Notes under the pieces: generated by a model
The model's input: the letters and a program-made list of their open reading frames with translations, nothing else
Told to the model about the DNA's origin: nothing
Database searches by the model: none
Assembly (NCBI GenBank): GCA_049317365.1
Contig: JBMOIK010000001.1
Span: 1 to 46,852 of the forward strand
Origin: Rectinemataceae bacterium
Lineage (GTDB): Bacteria > Spirochaetota > Spirochaetia > Treponematales > Rectinemataceae
DNA length: 46,852 bases
Reading direction: 5' to 3'
Program-made: the position numbers and the translations under genes
In this document: one piece after another, positions 37,538-45,746 of the stretch
Position numbering within the stretch: the stretch's first letter is position 1
How the letters are laid out: every line of letters begins with the position of its first letter

Positions 37538-38797
37538 ATGCAAGATTTCTCGGCGATCGACGCCGAAAGGATATTCATGACCGTCAAGGATATCCAGGGC
37601 GTCAAGCATCCCACAACGGCTCCCGCCGCCCTCGATGCCTGCGCCGACAGGATAGCCCGCGATATGGGCGCCCTCGGACTCAAGGTCAGGGAGCAGCGAT
37701 TCCTCGTGCCGGGCTTTCCCCTCGAGTTCAGGAACATCGAGGGCAGCCTCGGTCCCGTGGACAGCGAACCAGCCGCTGTCGTCGTCGCGCATTATGACAC
37801 GGTCGCGACGACCCTCGGTGCCAACGACGATGCCATCGGCATCGCCACCATGCTCGAGATCGCGCGGGTGCTCGCCGCCCTGCCCGAACCCCCGCCGGTC
37901 TATTTCGTCGCGGTGAGCCTCGAGGAGGAGAATCCGGCCATGTTCGCGGCCGAGCACGGGAAATTAAGGGAACTAGGACTTGTGGGCGAGTCAGGTGCCT
38001 GGACGGGATGGGCTGTCGCGAAGGCGGCGAAGGAATTCCAGGCCGCCGCGAGGAACGCCTTCATGGGTGGCATGGACTACGGCGACGCCTGGCGCAATGT
38101 ACTGGCCGAGGCGGCCGGCAAGGATGCTTTCGGCCCCGCTGGCGGGCTGGCGGGGGCCCATGGCGGGAAGGTCGCGGCTACCCTGGAGGATGTCCTGTCC
38201 TGCTATCGGTCCATCATACCTAACTATGAAGGAATAACTACCGCCAACGCCCCGGGTCTCCTCAACAGGATCGGCAGCGACCGCTGGGTCCGGGATGCCC
38301 TTGCCCGCGGCCTCCGGATCGCCTTCAATATCACCCTCGACGAGATCGGCACCTGCAACCACGAGCCGGGGAGCCAGAAGAGTCTCGGGGGAATCAACCT
38401 CTACCCGCTGCTGGCGCAAAGCCACAGGGTGGATCCGGCACGGGCGAGCGGCGACTGGAGCCTTGTCCTCGCCGACGGCAATTCGGGAGCGCTCGGAAGG
38501 CTGTTCATGGAGAAGGTCAGTATACCTGGCATCGACCTGCCCTCGGGTTTCCTGCAATTGCCCCAGACCTTCGACCAGATCGCCCGGGAGGTTCCGATGG
38601 CCCTCAATTCCGACCACGCGAATTTCTGGCGGCACGGCATCCCCGCGATCTTCATATTCGATACTTCAACGGGGCGCAACCCCTTCTGCCACTCCATGGC
38701 GGACTCCGTCGAGGTCCTCGATTATGACTATGTCAGGAGCATCGCGCAGGCGGTCGCGGCCACCGTCGCGGATCCGGCCGCGCGCGCGGGGCGCTGA
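37538..38797 (+). CDS. M28-family metallopeptidase-like protein (copy B)
   Basis: VAHYDTV, GANDDAIG, SLEEEN and NSDHANFW. The ATG at 37538 follows AAGGGGG. Collinear with 5554-6759, with a longer central insert. Confidence 0.85.
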   Translation: MQDFSAIDAERIFMTVKDIQGVKHPTTAPAALDACADRIARDMGALGLKVREQRFLVPGFPLEFRNIEGSLGPVDSEPAAVVVAHYDTVATTLGANDDAIGIATMLEIARVLAALPEPPPVYFVAVSLEEENPAMFAAEHGKLRELGLVGESGAWTGWAVAKAAKEFQAAARNAFMGGMDYGDAWRNVLAEAAGKDAFGPAGGLAGAHGGKVAATLEDVLSCYRSIIPNYEGITTANAPGLLNRIGSDRWVRDALARGLRIAFNITLDEIGTCNHEPGSQKSLGGINLYPLLAQSHRVDPARASGDWSLVLADGNSGALGRLFMEKVSIPGIDLPSGFLQLPQTFDQIAREVPMALNSDHANFWRHGIPAIFIFDTSTGRNPFCHSMADSVEVLDYDYVRSIAQAVAATVADPAARAGR

Positions 38798-38906
38798 CGG
38801 GGGATCGGTGGCCGCCCGGTCCGCGCGGCGGGCGATGGCAGCGGCGGAATCCGGGGTTGCCGCGGGTCCGCTGGCGTAGCCGGCATCCTGCTGAAAGGAA
38901 GGTACT

Positions 38907-40010
38907 ATGTACGACGAACGTTGCGACAGGCTGGCCCGGCTCATCGCGGAATGGTCCCTGGGGGTCCGTGAGGGCCAGAGGATCATTGTCAAGGGGCCGG
39001 ATTCTGCCAAGCCCCTGATGCTGGCCCTCGCGAAGGCCATCTACGGGCGGGGGGCGTTCCCCTGGTTCCAGGTCGCCTTCGCCGAAAGCGAGGAGATCGC
39101 CTTCCGCCACGCCAGCGACGCCGTGCTTGCCCAGCCCTGCGAACTCGATTCCCTCGCCGTGGAGAAGTTCGACGGACTCCTCCTCATCATGGGCGAGGAG
39201 AATCCCAGGGCGCACTCGCGGGTGGATCCCGCCCGCAGGGCTATGGCCCTCAACGCGGCCATGCCCTCGAGGAACGCCGTGATGCGCCGTGCCGCCGAGG
39301 GCAGCTTTTCCTGGGCGGCAGTGGTCTGGCCGACGGCGGGCTACGCGAACGAAGCAACTATGTCCATCATGGATTTCGAGGACGCGGTCTTCGGAGCGTC
39401 CTTGCCGGCGGGAAAGGATCCCGTTGGCCACTGGAGGGGCGTGGGCGAAAGGCAGGCCGCTTCGATCGCGGCCCTTGCGGGCGCGCGCGAGGTCCGCATC
39501 GAGGCGGAGGACACCGACCTCCGGCTCTCGGTGGAAGGCAGGAGATGGGACAACGGCTGCTGCAGGCACAACCTTCCCGATGGCGAGATCTATACAGGTC
39601 CCGTCGAGGACAGCGCCGAAGGCAGGATCTATTTCCCTGGCCGCGTACTCTACAAGGGAGGGGAGGCCAGGGGCATCAGGCTTCGCTTCGAAAAGGGCCT
39701 TGTCATCGAAGCCACGGCGGCCCAGGGTCAGGAGTTCCTTCTCGGCATGCTCGATTCCGATCCTTCTGCACGGCGCCTCGGGGAGTTCGCCTTTGGCATG
39801 AACGATGGCATAAAGGAGCTTTGCGGGCAGATACTCCTCGACGAGAAGGCCGGAGGAACCATGCACATCGCCCTTGGCAACGGCTATCCCCAGACCGGTA
39901 GCAAGAACCGTTCGGCGTTGCACTGGGACCTGGTGCTCGACACGAGGGCGGGTGGCCGTGTGTCCGTGGATGGCAAAGTCGCGCTCGAAAACGGCCAGTA
40001 CAGGATCTAG
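38907..40010 (+). CDS. M29-family aminopeptidase (copy B)
   Basis: 367 aa. 46 of the first 60 residues are identical to copy A. Confidence 0.9.
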   Translation: MYDERCDRLARLIAEWSLGVREGQRIIVKGPDSAKPLMLALAKAIYGRGAFPWFQVAFAESEEIAFRHASDAVLAQPCELDSLAVEKFDGLLLIMGEENPRAHSRVDPARRAMALNAAMPSRNAVMRRAAEGSFSWAAVVWPTAGYANEATMSIMDFEDAVFGASLPAGKDPVGHWRGVGERQAASIAALAGAREVRIEAEDTDLRLSVEGRRWDNGCCRHNLPDGEIYTGPVEDSAEGRIYFPGRVLYKGGEARGIRLRFEKGLVIEATAAQGQEFLLGMLDSDPSARRLGEFAFGMNDGIKELCGQILLDEKAGGTMHIALGNGYPQTGSKNRSALHWDLVLDTRAGGRVSVDGKVALENGQYRI

Positions 40011-40011
40011 G

Positions 40012-40239
40012 GACGTGGAATGCGCCGACAGGGTGGTCGAGCTCGATTCGGGGAAGGCTATCGTGCGGTCCATCGAGTCCATACTCGCCGACAAGGAAGC
40101 CCCACTCTGCGTGGGGGCCGAGGGCGACACCAACCTGACGTTAGGTACAATTGTGATGATATGCGATCCTGCGCGGCCGAGGATGCGGGTGGCGGCCTGT
40201 CCGATACGGGGCGTTGATTATGGGGAGTACGGGTTTTGA
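40012..40239 (+). pseudogene. 3' fragment (about 72 codons) of a C45 Ntn-hydrolase gene
   Basis: ...IESILADKEAPLCVGAEGDTNLTLGTIVMICDPARPRMRVAACPIRGVDYGEYGF aligns with the C terminus of 12273-13394 (...VEAILSDREAPLCLCGEGGPNITLGTIVMICDAKEPRMRVAALPGRGGEYEEHGF). It begins right after the M29 stop, with no start codon or N-terminal domain. Confidence 0.7.
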
Positions 40240-41486
40240 GGGAATACGACCTGGTTATAAAGGGTGGGCGCCTCGTCGATCCTGCCAATGGCATCGATGC
40301 CGTGATGGACCTGGCCGTGGAGGGCGGCAAGATCGCCGCTGTTTCAAAAGAAGGCCTGGCCGGCCGGAGGGTCGTGGATGCGAGGAGCCGCGCGGTGTCG
40401 CCCGGCTTTGTGGATGTGCACAGCCATGTCGATGGCATCCTTGGGGGAGGGATCTGCAACGCGCGCATGGGCGTCACCACGGTGGTGGCCGGCAACTGCG
40501 GCATGACATCGACCCCCGAGGGCGGTGCCATCGGCCTGTCCTTCGGCATCGAATACTCCCCGGGTACGAGCAAGCGCGAATTCGAGGCACTGGCCAATGT
40601 GGCCAGGGAGCGGGATCTCATCTGCCCCGTGCACATCCGCTGCGGGGGACCTTACGTCCCCTTGATGAAGAGCGGGGCTCCCGACGCGATACGGGAAGTC
40701 CTGGATGTTGCTCGTTCCACCAAGGCGCGCTTCCATATTTCGCACATCGGCGGCCAGATCGGCATTCGCGTAAAGCCCCGCGAAGCGCTCCTCGAGGAGG
40801 GTCTCCGCCTTATCGAAGAGGCTCGCGCCGAAGGGCTCGACATCGAATCGGACATGCATCCCTACGACGCTGGCGGTACCAACATCGGAGCGGCTATACT
40901 CGATGTCTTCGAAAAGGGCTTTCCCTTTCCCCAGATCATCAAGAACGCTGTCTTTCTCGATGTGGGGATGATCGAGGTCGGAGCGGGTCCCCGCGCGGGG
41001 AAGAGGCTCACGCGATCCCTCATGAAGCAGATCAGGAAGGAAGACCCGTTGACCTTGGTAGTGCTGCATTTCTTCGATTTTGGGCTCGTCGAGCGGGTAC
41101 TCGAAAAGCCCTGGGTCTCCTTCATTTCCGACGGAGACTTCGATTTCAAGACCGGTGCGGCCTCCCATCCGCGTTGCTCAGGCACCTACCCACGGTTTAT
41201 CCAATTGCTCGTCAGGGAAACGGGGAAGATGAGCCTCTCCGAGGCTATCGCAAGGATGACCTGCAAGCCAGCCGATCGCTTCAGGCTGGCAGGCAAGGGC
41301 AGGCTTTCGGTGGGATCGGATGCGGACATCGTGGTTTTCGATCCTGCAACCATTGCTGATAATGCCAGTTATGCTGAACCTGATCTTGCGCCCTCGGGTA
41401 TCGACCGGGTTTTCGTGAACGGCATCGCGGTTCTGGAGAATGGAAGCATGACCGATCGCCGGCCAGGCCGGGCCATCAGGTTCTGA
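40236..41486 (+). CDS. D-aminoacylase-family amidohydrolase, copy B, with a 57-codon in-frame internal deletion relative to copy A
   Basis: Collinear with 14345-15766 except that A codons 14633-14803 are absent (junction after 40523, PEG|GAIG). All metal-ligand contexts are retained (VDVHSH, AGNCG, CPVHIR, HISHIGG, ISDGD). TTG start overlapping the fragment's stop. Confidence 0.75.
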   Translation: MREYDLVIKGGRLVDPANGIDAVMDLAVEGGKIAAVSKEGLAGRRVVDARSRAVSPGFVDVHSHVDGILGGGICNARMGVTTVVAGNCGMTSTPEGGAIGLSFGIEYSPGTSKREFEALANVARERDLICPVHIRCGGPYVPLMKSGAPDAIREVLDVARSTKARFHISHIGGQIGIRVKPREALLEEGLRLIEEARAEGLDIESDMHPYDAGGTNIGAAILDVFEKGFPFPQIIKNAVFLDVGMIEVGAGPRAGKRLTRSLMKQIRKEDPLTLVVLHFFDFGLVERVLEKPWVSFISDGDFDFKTGAASHPRCSGTYPRFIQLLVRETGKMSLSEAIARMTCKPADRFRLAGKGRLSVGSDADIVVFDPATIADNASYAEPDLAPSGIDRVFVNGIAVLENGSMTDRRPGRAIRF

Positions 41487-41510
41487 GGATCGGATGGAAA
41501 AGTACCAGGT

Positions 41511-42704
41511 ATGAGCAACAATGCCGGCATAGACATCGAAGCCCTCTACCGTGTGGTCTCCCTGCTGGAAGGACCGCGCAATGTGCATTCATCACCGGGA
41601 GCCCTCGACAGGGCAGCCGATCGAATCGGCGCGGAGATGGGGGAGAGGGGGATCGCAACCCGGGAGCTACCTTTTCAACTAGAAGGATCGGACCACGTAT
41701 TCCGCATCGTCGAGGGCACTGTCGGCGAACCCTCCTCGGGTCCGGCGCGTGTGCTCGTCGCCCATTACGATACCGTGGAGCGGTCTCCCGGAGCCAACGA
41801 CAATGCGGCCGGCATCGCCCTGATCCTGGAGGTAGGCGCCTGCCTCGCCCGTATGCCCGGTCCACCCCATGTCCGCATCGTCGCCGTCCCCCAGGAGGAA
41901 AGCTCGCAGCCCGCTTTCAAGGGCAGGGAGATCGAGAGCGCGCTCCGGCATAGCATCGTCGACCAGACACTTGTATGTACAAGTTGGGCTTATCATAAGG
42001 CACGCAGGTTCCTGCAGAAGCGTTCCGTGGAACTGATGGACCGCGGGATGGGACAGGGCGAGGCCTATGTCCAGGCCCTGGACGAGTACGAGTCTCGGGA
42101 AGGACCCGTCGGTGCGGACTTCCGGACCCATGTCGGAGACCTCGGAAGGATCTACGCCGGCCTGACGACAATATCCTCGATCGGCTTCAGGAGCCGCGTG
42201 GGCAGCGCCCGCTGGCTCGAAGCCTTCCTGGCCGAGGGAGGGAAGGTGGACTTCGCGGTCGCGGTGGACGAGCCGGGCATCTATTCCGAAGAGCCGGGCA
42301 GCCAGGGGCCCGTGCCATCGGGCGACTTCAAGGACATGACGAGGAGCCATCTCCTCAAGCCCGACATCCGTGCCGGCAACTTTGCAACAATTGTAGCCAT
42401 CTCCGGATCCTCGGGGATGGGACTCAGGCTTGCCGACCATCTGGAATCCCAGGATGTCGCGATGCCCTACGGCCTTTTCGACATTCCCCTCGACTTCAGG
42501 GGCGTTGCTGGTCACCTGCCCAAGATCCTCGGCAGCGACCATGCGCCTTTCTGGCTTCGCGGCATCCCGGCCATCTTCGTCTTCGACATGTCCATCGGCC
42601 GAGATCCATGGAACCACACCGCTGCCGACACAATTGACCGCATCGACTTCGAGTCACTCAGGCGCCTCGCTGAGGGTGTATTCAGGCTCGTAGCCGGATC
42701 ATGA
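41511..42704 (+). CDS. M28-family metallopeptidase-like protein (third, more divergent paralog)
   Basis: VAHYDTV, GANDNAAG, PQEES and GSDHAPFW. Confidence 0.8.
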   Translation: MSNNAGIDIEALYRVVSLLEGPRNVHSSPGALDRAADRIGAEMGERGIATRELPFQLEGSDHVFRIVEGTVGEPSSGPARVLVAHYDTVERSPGANDNAAGIALILEVGACLARMPGPPHVRIVAVPQEESSQPAFKGREIESALRHSIVDQTLVCTSWAYHKARRFLQKRSVELMDRGMGQGEAYVQALDEYESREGPVGADFRTHVGDLGRIYAGLTTISSIGFRSRVGSARWLEAFLAEGGKVDFAVAVDEPGIYSEEPGSQGPVPSGDFKDMTRSHLLKPDIRAGNFATIVAISGSSGMGLRLADHLESQDVAMPYGLFDIPLDFRGVAGHLPKILGSDHAPFWLRGIPAIFVFDMSIGRDPWNHTAADTIDRIDFESLRRLAEGVFRLVAGS

Positions 42705-42805
42705 AGAGACTCTTGGTCCTGATGGCCGGAGTTCATCGTAGTAGATGTTGATTTCCCTGTCGGGTGCGAGGGCGGACTCAGGTATTTATCCCCTTTTTAT
42801 GCGCA

Positions 42806-43469
42806 TCACGTCGAAAGCCGTCCGAGCCTCGTCTCCCAGCCTGTGCGGATGCGATCCACGAGTCGCTCCTGCCCGGACAGTTCGGGGATCGCGGCCATCA
42901 CCTCCCAGGCTCCGGGCGCGTTTGAACGAAAGGCGTCGAGGCGCTCCCGAAGCAAATGTGGACGCACGCCGAGATCGGAAGCCAGACCCTCGATCCCTTT
43001 CAGGCCGATCAAAGCAATTGACCATTCCTTTCCGACCCGCATCGAAAGCTTCGGGCTGAGTTCGGGATAGGCCGTCGTCGATACGAGGTTGTAGAGTGGA
43101 GCGAGACCCTGGATGCGGCCGTCGCGAAGGAAGGAATAATTCTTGCCATGTGCGTCGCAGTTCCCGACGAGGATGTTGAAAAGGGCCGAGTCGACGAGGG
43201 TCTTGATGGAAGGAAGGGGAGGACGCAAATCTCGCGGACAAGGCCGAAAAGCGAGACGAAGCCTGCCTTCGCCTGTCAGCGCCAAGAGGGTTTCCTCTCC
43301 GAGTCGATGATGAGCGCTGCGAGCTCTCCCTCGGCCAGTTCGTCGTAGCCTGGATCCGGATCGGCCTCTCCTTCGGCATTTTCGCGATGGATCGATACCG
43401 TGCCCGCGCACTCGCTACCGAGGGCCTATGACACAGCCGAATTGCCGTACGATCAGTCGCATGGCTCAT
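42806..43469 (-). pseudogene. hipA: degraded hipA (HipA-family kinase toxin): about 220 of the expected ~430 codons, frameshifted
   Basis: The ATG at 43469 overlaps the hipB stop (ATGA). The C-terminal frame 42806-43411 carries LVDSALFNILVGNCDAHGKNYSFL. Upstream pieces lie in other frames (YDELAEGELAALIID, LLALTGEGRLRLAF), and the segment between the SLAG-like piece and the catalytic motif is missing. Confidence 0.6.
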
Positions 43470-43684
43470 TCACCCCGGATCGAGGCTGCTATGTCGATGC
43501 CGAGGATTGAGGCCAGGACCAGGGTCTTTCCGAGCTCGATAGTCGGCTTGCCGTTTTCGAGGTCGGACACAAAGCGCGTACCCGTACCGCAGAGGGAGGC
43601 CACCCGGGTTTGATTGTAGCCCAAGGCTTTTCGGCGCTCGCGAAGAAGGGCGCCGAGGTCCTTTGGGCTTTGGATTAGCTTCAT
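43466..43684 (-). CDS. hipB: XRE-family HTH antitoxin (HipB-like), 72 aa
   Basis: MKLIQSPKDLGALLRERRKALGYNQTRVASLCGTGTRFVSDLENGKPT. Positioned immediately 5' of hipA with a 4-nt overlap. Confidence 0.8.
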   Translation of the reverse strand: MKLIQSPKDLGALLRERRKALGYNQTRVASLCGTGTRFVSDLENGKPTIELGKTLVLASILGIDIAASIRGE

Positions 43685-43699
43685 AAACCCAGAGTAGTG

Positions 43700-43713
43700 T
43701 TCCCGTTCGGGAA
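43700..43713. promoter_or_regulatory. perfect palindrome TTCCCG-TT-CGGGAA upstream of hipB, with a second TCGGGAAT half-site at 43745-43752
   Basis: It lies 16 nt upstream of the hipB ATG. HipB-type repressors bind palindromic operators in their own promoter. Confidence 0.35.
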
Positions 43714-43822
43714 TGGCAATTGAAAAGTTGCAAAAAATCACCGATCGGGAATATGAAATATGTGGGCAGGCTTCGTGCCCGTACGGGAATATTGATGGAT
43801 GCCTCAGCTGCTTCCTTCGCCG

Positions 43823-43858
43823 TCATGTACCCGCGAATCAGACCAAGGTCTCATGGCG
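43823..43858 (+). promoter_or_regulatory. copy 3 of the conserved ~35-nt upstream motif
   Basis: tcatgtacccgcgaatcagaccaaggtctcatggcg differs from copy 2 by two substitutions and one 2-nt indel. It lies about 80 nt upstream of the ABC permease ATG at 43939. Confidence 0.45.
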
Positions 43859-43938
43859 CGATCAGAGGTCCAGTCCAATTCTTAGCTTTAAAGTCTCGCG
43901 TAGATTGTTAGGACAGGTCTCAGGACCGGGGGCAGCGA

Positions 43939-44874
43939 ATGGCGCAGTTTATCGCACGGCGACTGATAATGCTCATACCTGTCATGATCGGCGTAGTGTT
44001 TTGTACCTTCCTGATCGCCCAGGTCACGCCGGGCGATCCAGCCGCGCTGGCACTCGGCCCCATGGCCACCGCCGAACAGATCGCCCAACTCCGTGACCGA
44101 TTGGGCTTAAATGATCCCTTTTTTACCCAATTCTTCCATTATTTAGGCAGGGTTGCCCGGGGTGACCTCGGCCTTTCCATCAGGGGGCAGACTCCGGTAA
44201 TGGAGGAGATCCTGATGCGGCTTCCGAGCACGGTAGAACTCACCGCCCTGGCGATGCTCTTCGCCATCGTGATGGGAGTCGGCGCAGGCCTCGTGGCTGC
44301 CATCACGAGGAGCAGGGCGATCGACGGGGCGGTGATGGTCACGGCCCTCGTCGGCCTGTCGGTGCCCAATTTCTGGCTTGCCATAATGCTCATATCGATA
44401 TTCGGGGTCTGGCTCGGCTGGGTCTCGGTCATAGGGGGCGAGGGCATCAGGAACCTCATACTTCCCGCCTTTTCCCTGGCCCTCGCCCCCGGCGCAGTCT
44501 TGGCGCGCCTTACCCGGTCGAGCATGAAGGAAGTGGTCCGCGAGGACTACGTCAGGACCGCCCGTGCCAAGGGACTCTCGAGGAGGCGTGTGGTCAACGT
44601 CCACGTGCTCAAGAACTCGATGATACCAGTTGTGACGGTCATCGGGCTCCAGACCGCCGCCATGCTCGGGGGGGCGGTGTTCATCGAGTCGGTATTCGCG
44701 AGGCCGGGCCTTGGACGCTTCGCCGTCAACGCCATCTCGAGCCGTGATTTCCCGCAGATACAGGGAGTTGTGCTTTTCCTCGCTCTGGTCTACTCGCTGG
44801 TCAACCTCCTGGTCGATGTCCTCTATGCCGTGCTCGATCCCAGGATCGGGTATCAGTCCAAGGAAGTGTCATGA
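43939..44874 (+). CDS. ABC peptide/nickel-type transporter permease (DppB/OppB-like)
   Basis: 311 aa, 6 TM segments, N terminus MAQFIARRLIMLIPVMIGV, EAA-loop context EDYVRTARAKGLS. Confidence 0.9.
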   Translation: MAQFIARRLIMLIPVMIGVVFCTFLIAQVTPGDPAALALGPMATAEQIAQLRDRLGLNDPFFTQFFHYLGRVARGDLGLSIRGQTPVMEEILMRLPSTVELTALAMLFAIVMGVGAGLVAAITRSRAIDGAVMVTALVGLSVPNFWLAIMLISIFGVWLGWVSVIGGEGIRNLILPAFSLALAPGAVLARLTRSSMKEVVREDYVRTARAKGLSRRRVVNVHVLKNSMIPVVTVIGLQTAAMLGGAVFIESVFARPGLGRFAVNAISSRDFPQIQGVVLFLALVYSLVNLLVDVLYAVLDPRIGYQSKEVS

Positions 44875-45746
44875 GCGCAGCCGGGACACCCATGGATGTG
44901 CCGAAGGGAAAGCCCTCCGGCCTTGCCCGCAATTCGCTGGCACGCAATCCGCTGGCCCTCCTCAGCCTCGCTGGATTCCTTCTCCTTGTCCTTTCGGCCA
45001 TCCTCGCTCCCCTCCTTTCACCCTACAACCCGACCGACATGAACTACGACGCGATCCTTTCGCCCCCTGATGCGGCCCACCCATTCGGCACCGACGACCT
45101 CGGGAGGGACGTCCTTTCGAGGGTCCTCTGGGGTGGCAGGGAGTCGCTCCGCGTGGGGATCCTGGCCATCCTGATTGCTGGGACAGTGTCCATCAACCTG
45201 GGGCTCGTCTCGGGCTACCTCGGCGGTTGGGTGGATAATCTCATAATGCGGATCATGGATGTCTTCCTGGCCTTTCCCCATATCCTCTTGGTAATCAGTA
45301 TTGTAGCCATTCTCGGTCCTGGCCTGACCACGGTACTCATCGCCCTCGGGGTGTCCTACGTGCCCGGGGCCACGAGATTTGTGCGCGGCACGGTGCTGGC
45401 GGTCAAGGACCGGGACTACATCGTGGCGGCCCGGGTCCTCGGCGCCTCGGATGCCTACATCATGTTCACGCAGGTCCTTCCCAACATCCTGGCCCCCGTG
45501 ATCATCTACAGCACCCTCGGGCTCGGGAGCGCCATCATGGCGACCGCCGGCCTGAGCTACATCGGGCTCGGCGCACAGCCGCCCTCCCCTGAGTGGGGGG
45601 CCATGCTCAACGCTGCGCGGTCCTATATCCGCGAGGCCTGGTGGCTCACCTTCTTCCCGGGACTTGCCATCTTCATCGCCGTCCTCTGCATCAACCTCCT
45701 CGGCGACGGCCTCAGGGACGCCCTCGATCCGAGGCTCAGGGAATGA
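44871..45746 (+). CDS. ABC peptide/nickel-type transporter permease (DppC/OppC-like)
   Basis: The start overlaps the upstream stop. Family-typical HPFGTDDLGRDVLSR and DYIVAARVLGAS. Confidence 0.9.
   Translation: MSAAGTPMDVPKGKPSGLARNSLARNPLALLSLAGFLLLVLSAILAPLLSPYNPTDMNYDAILSPPDAAHPFGTDDLGRDVLSRVLWGGRESLRVGILAILIAGTVSINLGLVSGYLGGWVDNLIMRIMDVFLAFPHILLVISIVAILGPGLTTVLIALGVSYVPGATRFVRGTVLAVKDRDYIVAARVLGASDAYIMFTQVLPNILAPVIIYSTLGLGSAIMATAGLSYIGLGAQPPSPEWGAMLNAARSYIREAWWLTFFPGLAIFIAVLCINLLGDGLRDALDPRLRE

Noticed and set aside
40214-41359. 381-aa + strand ORF in an alternative frame of the D-aminoacylase B gene
   Set aside because: The translation is extremely Arg/Gly/Pro-rich. The overlapping frame aligns along its length with copy A.
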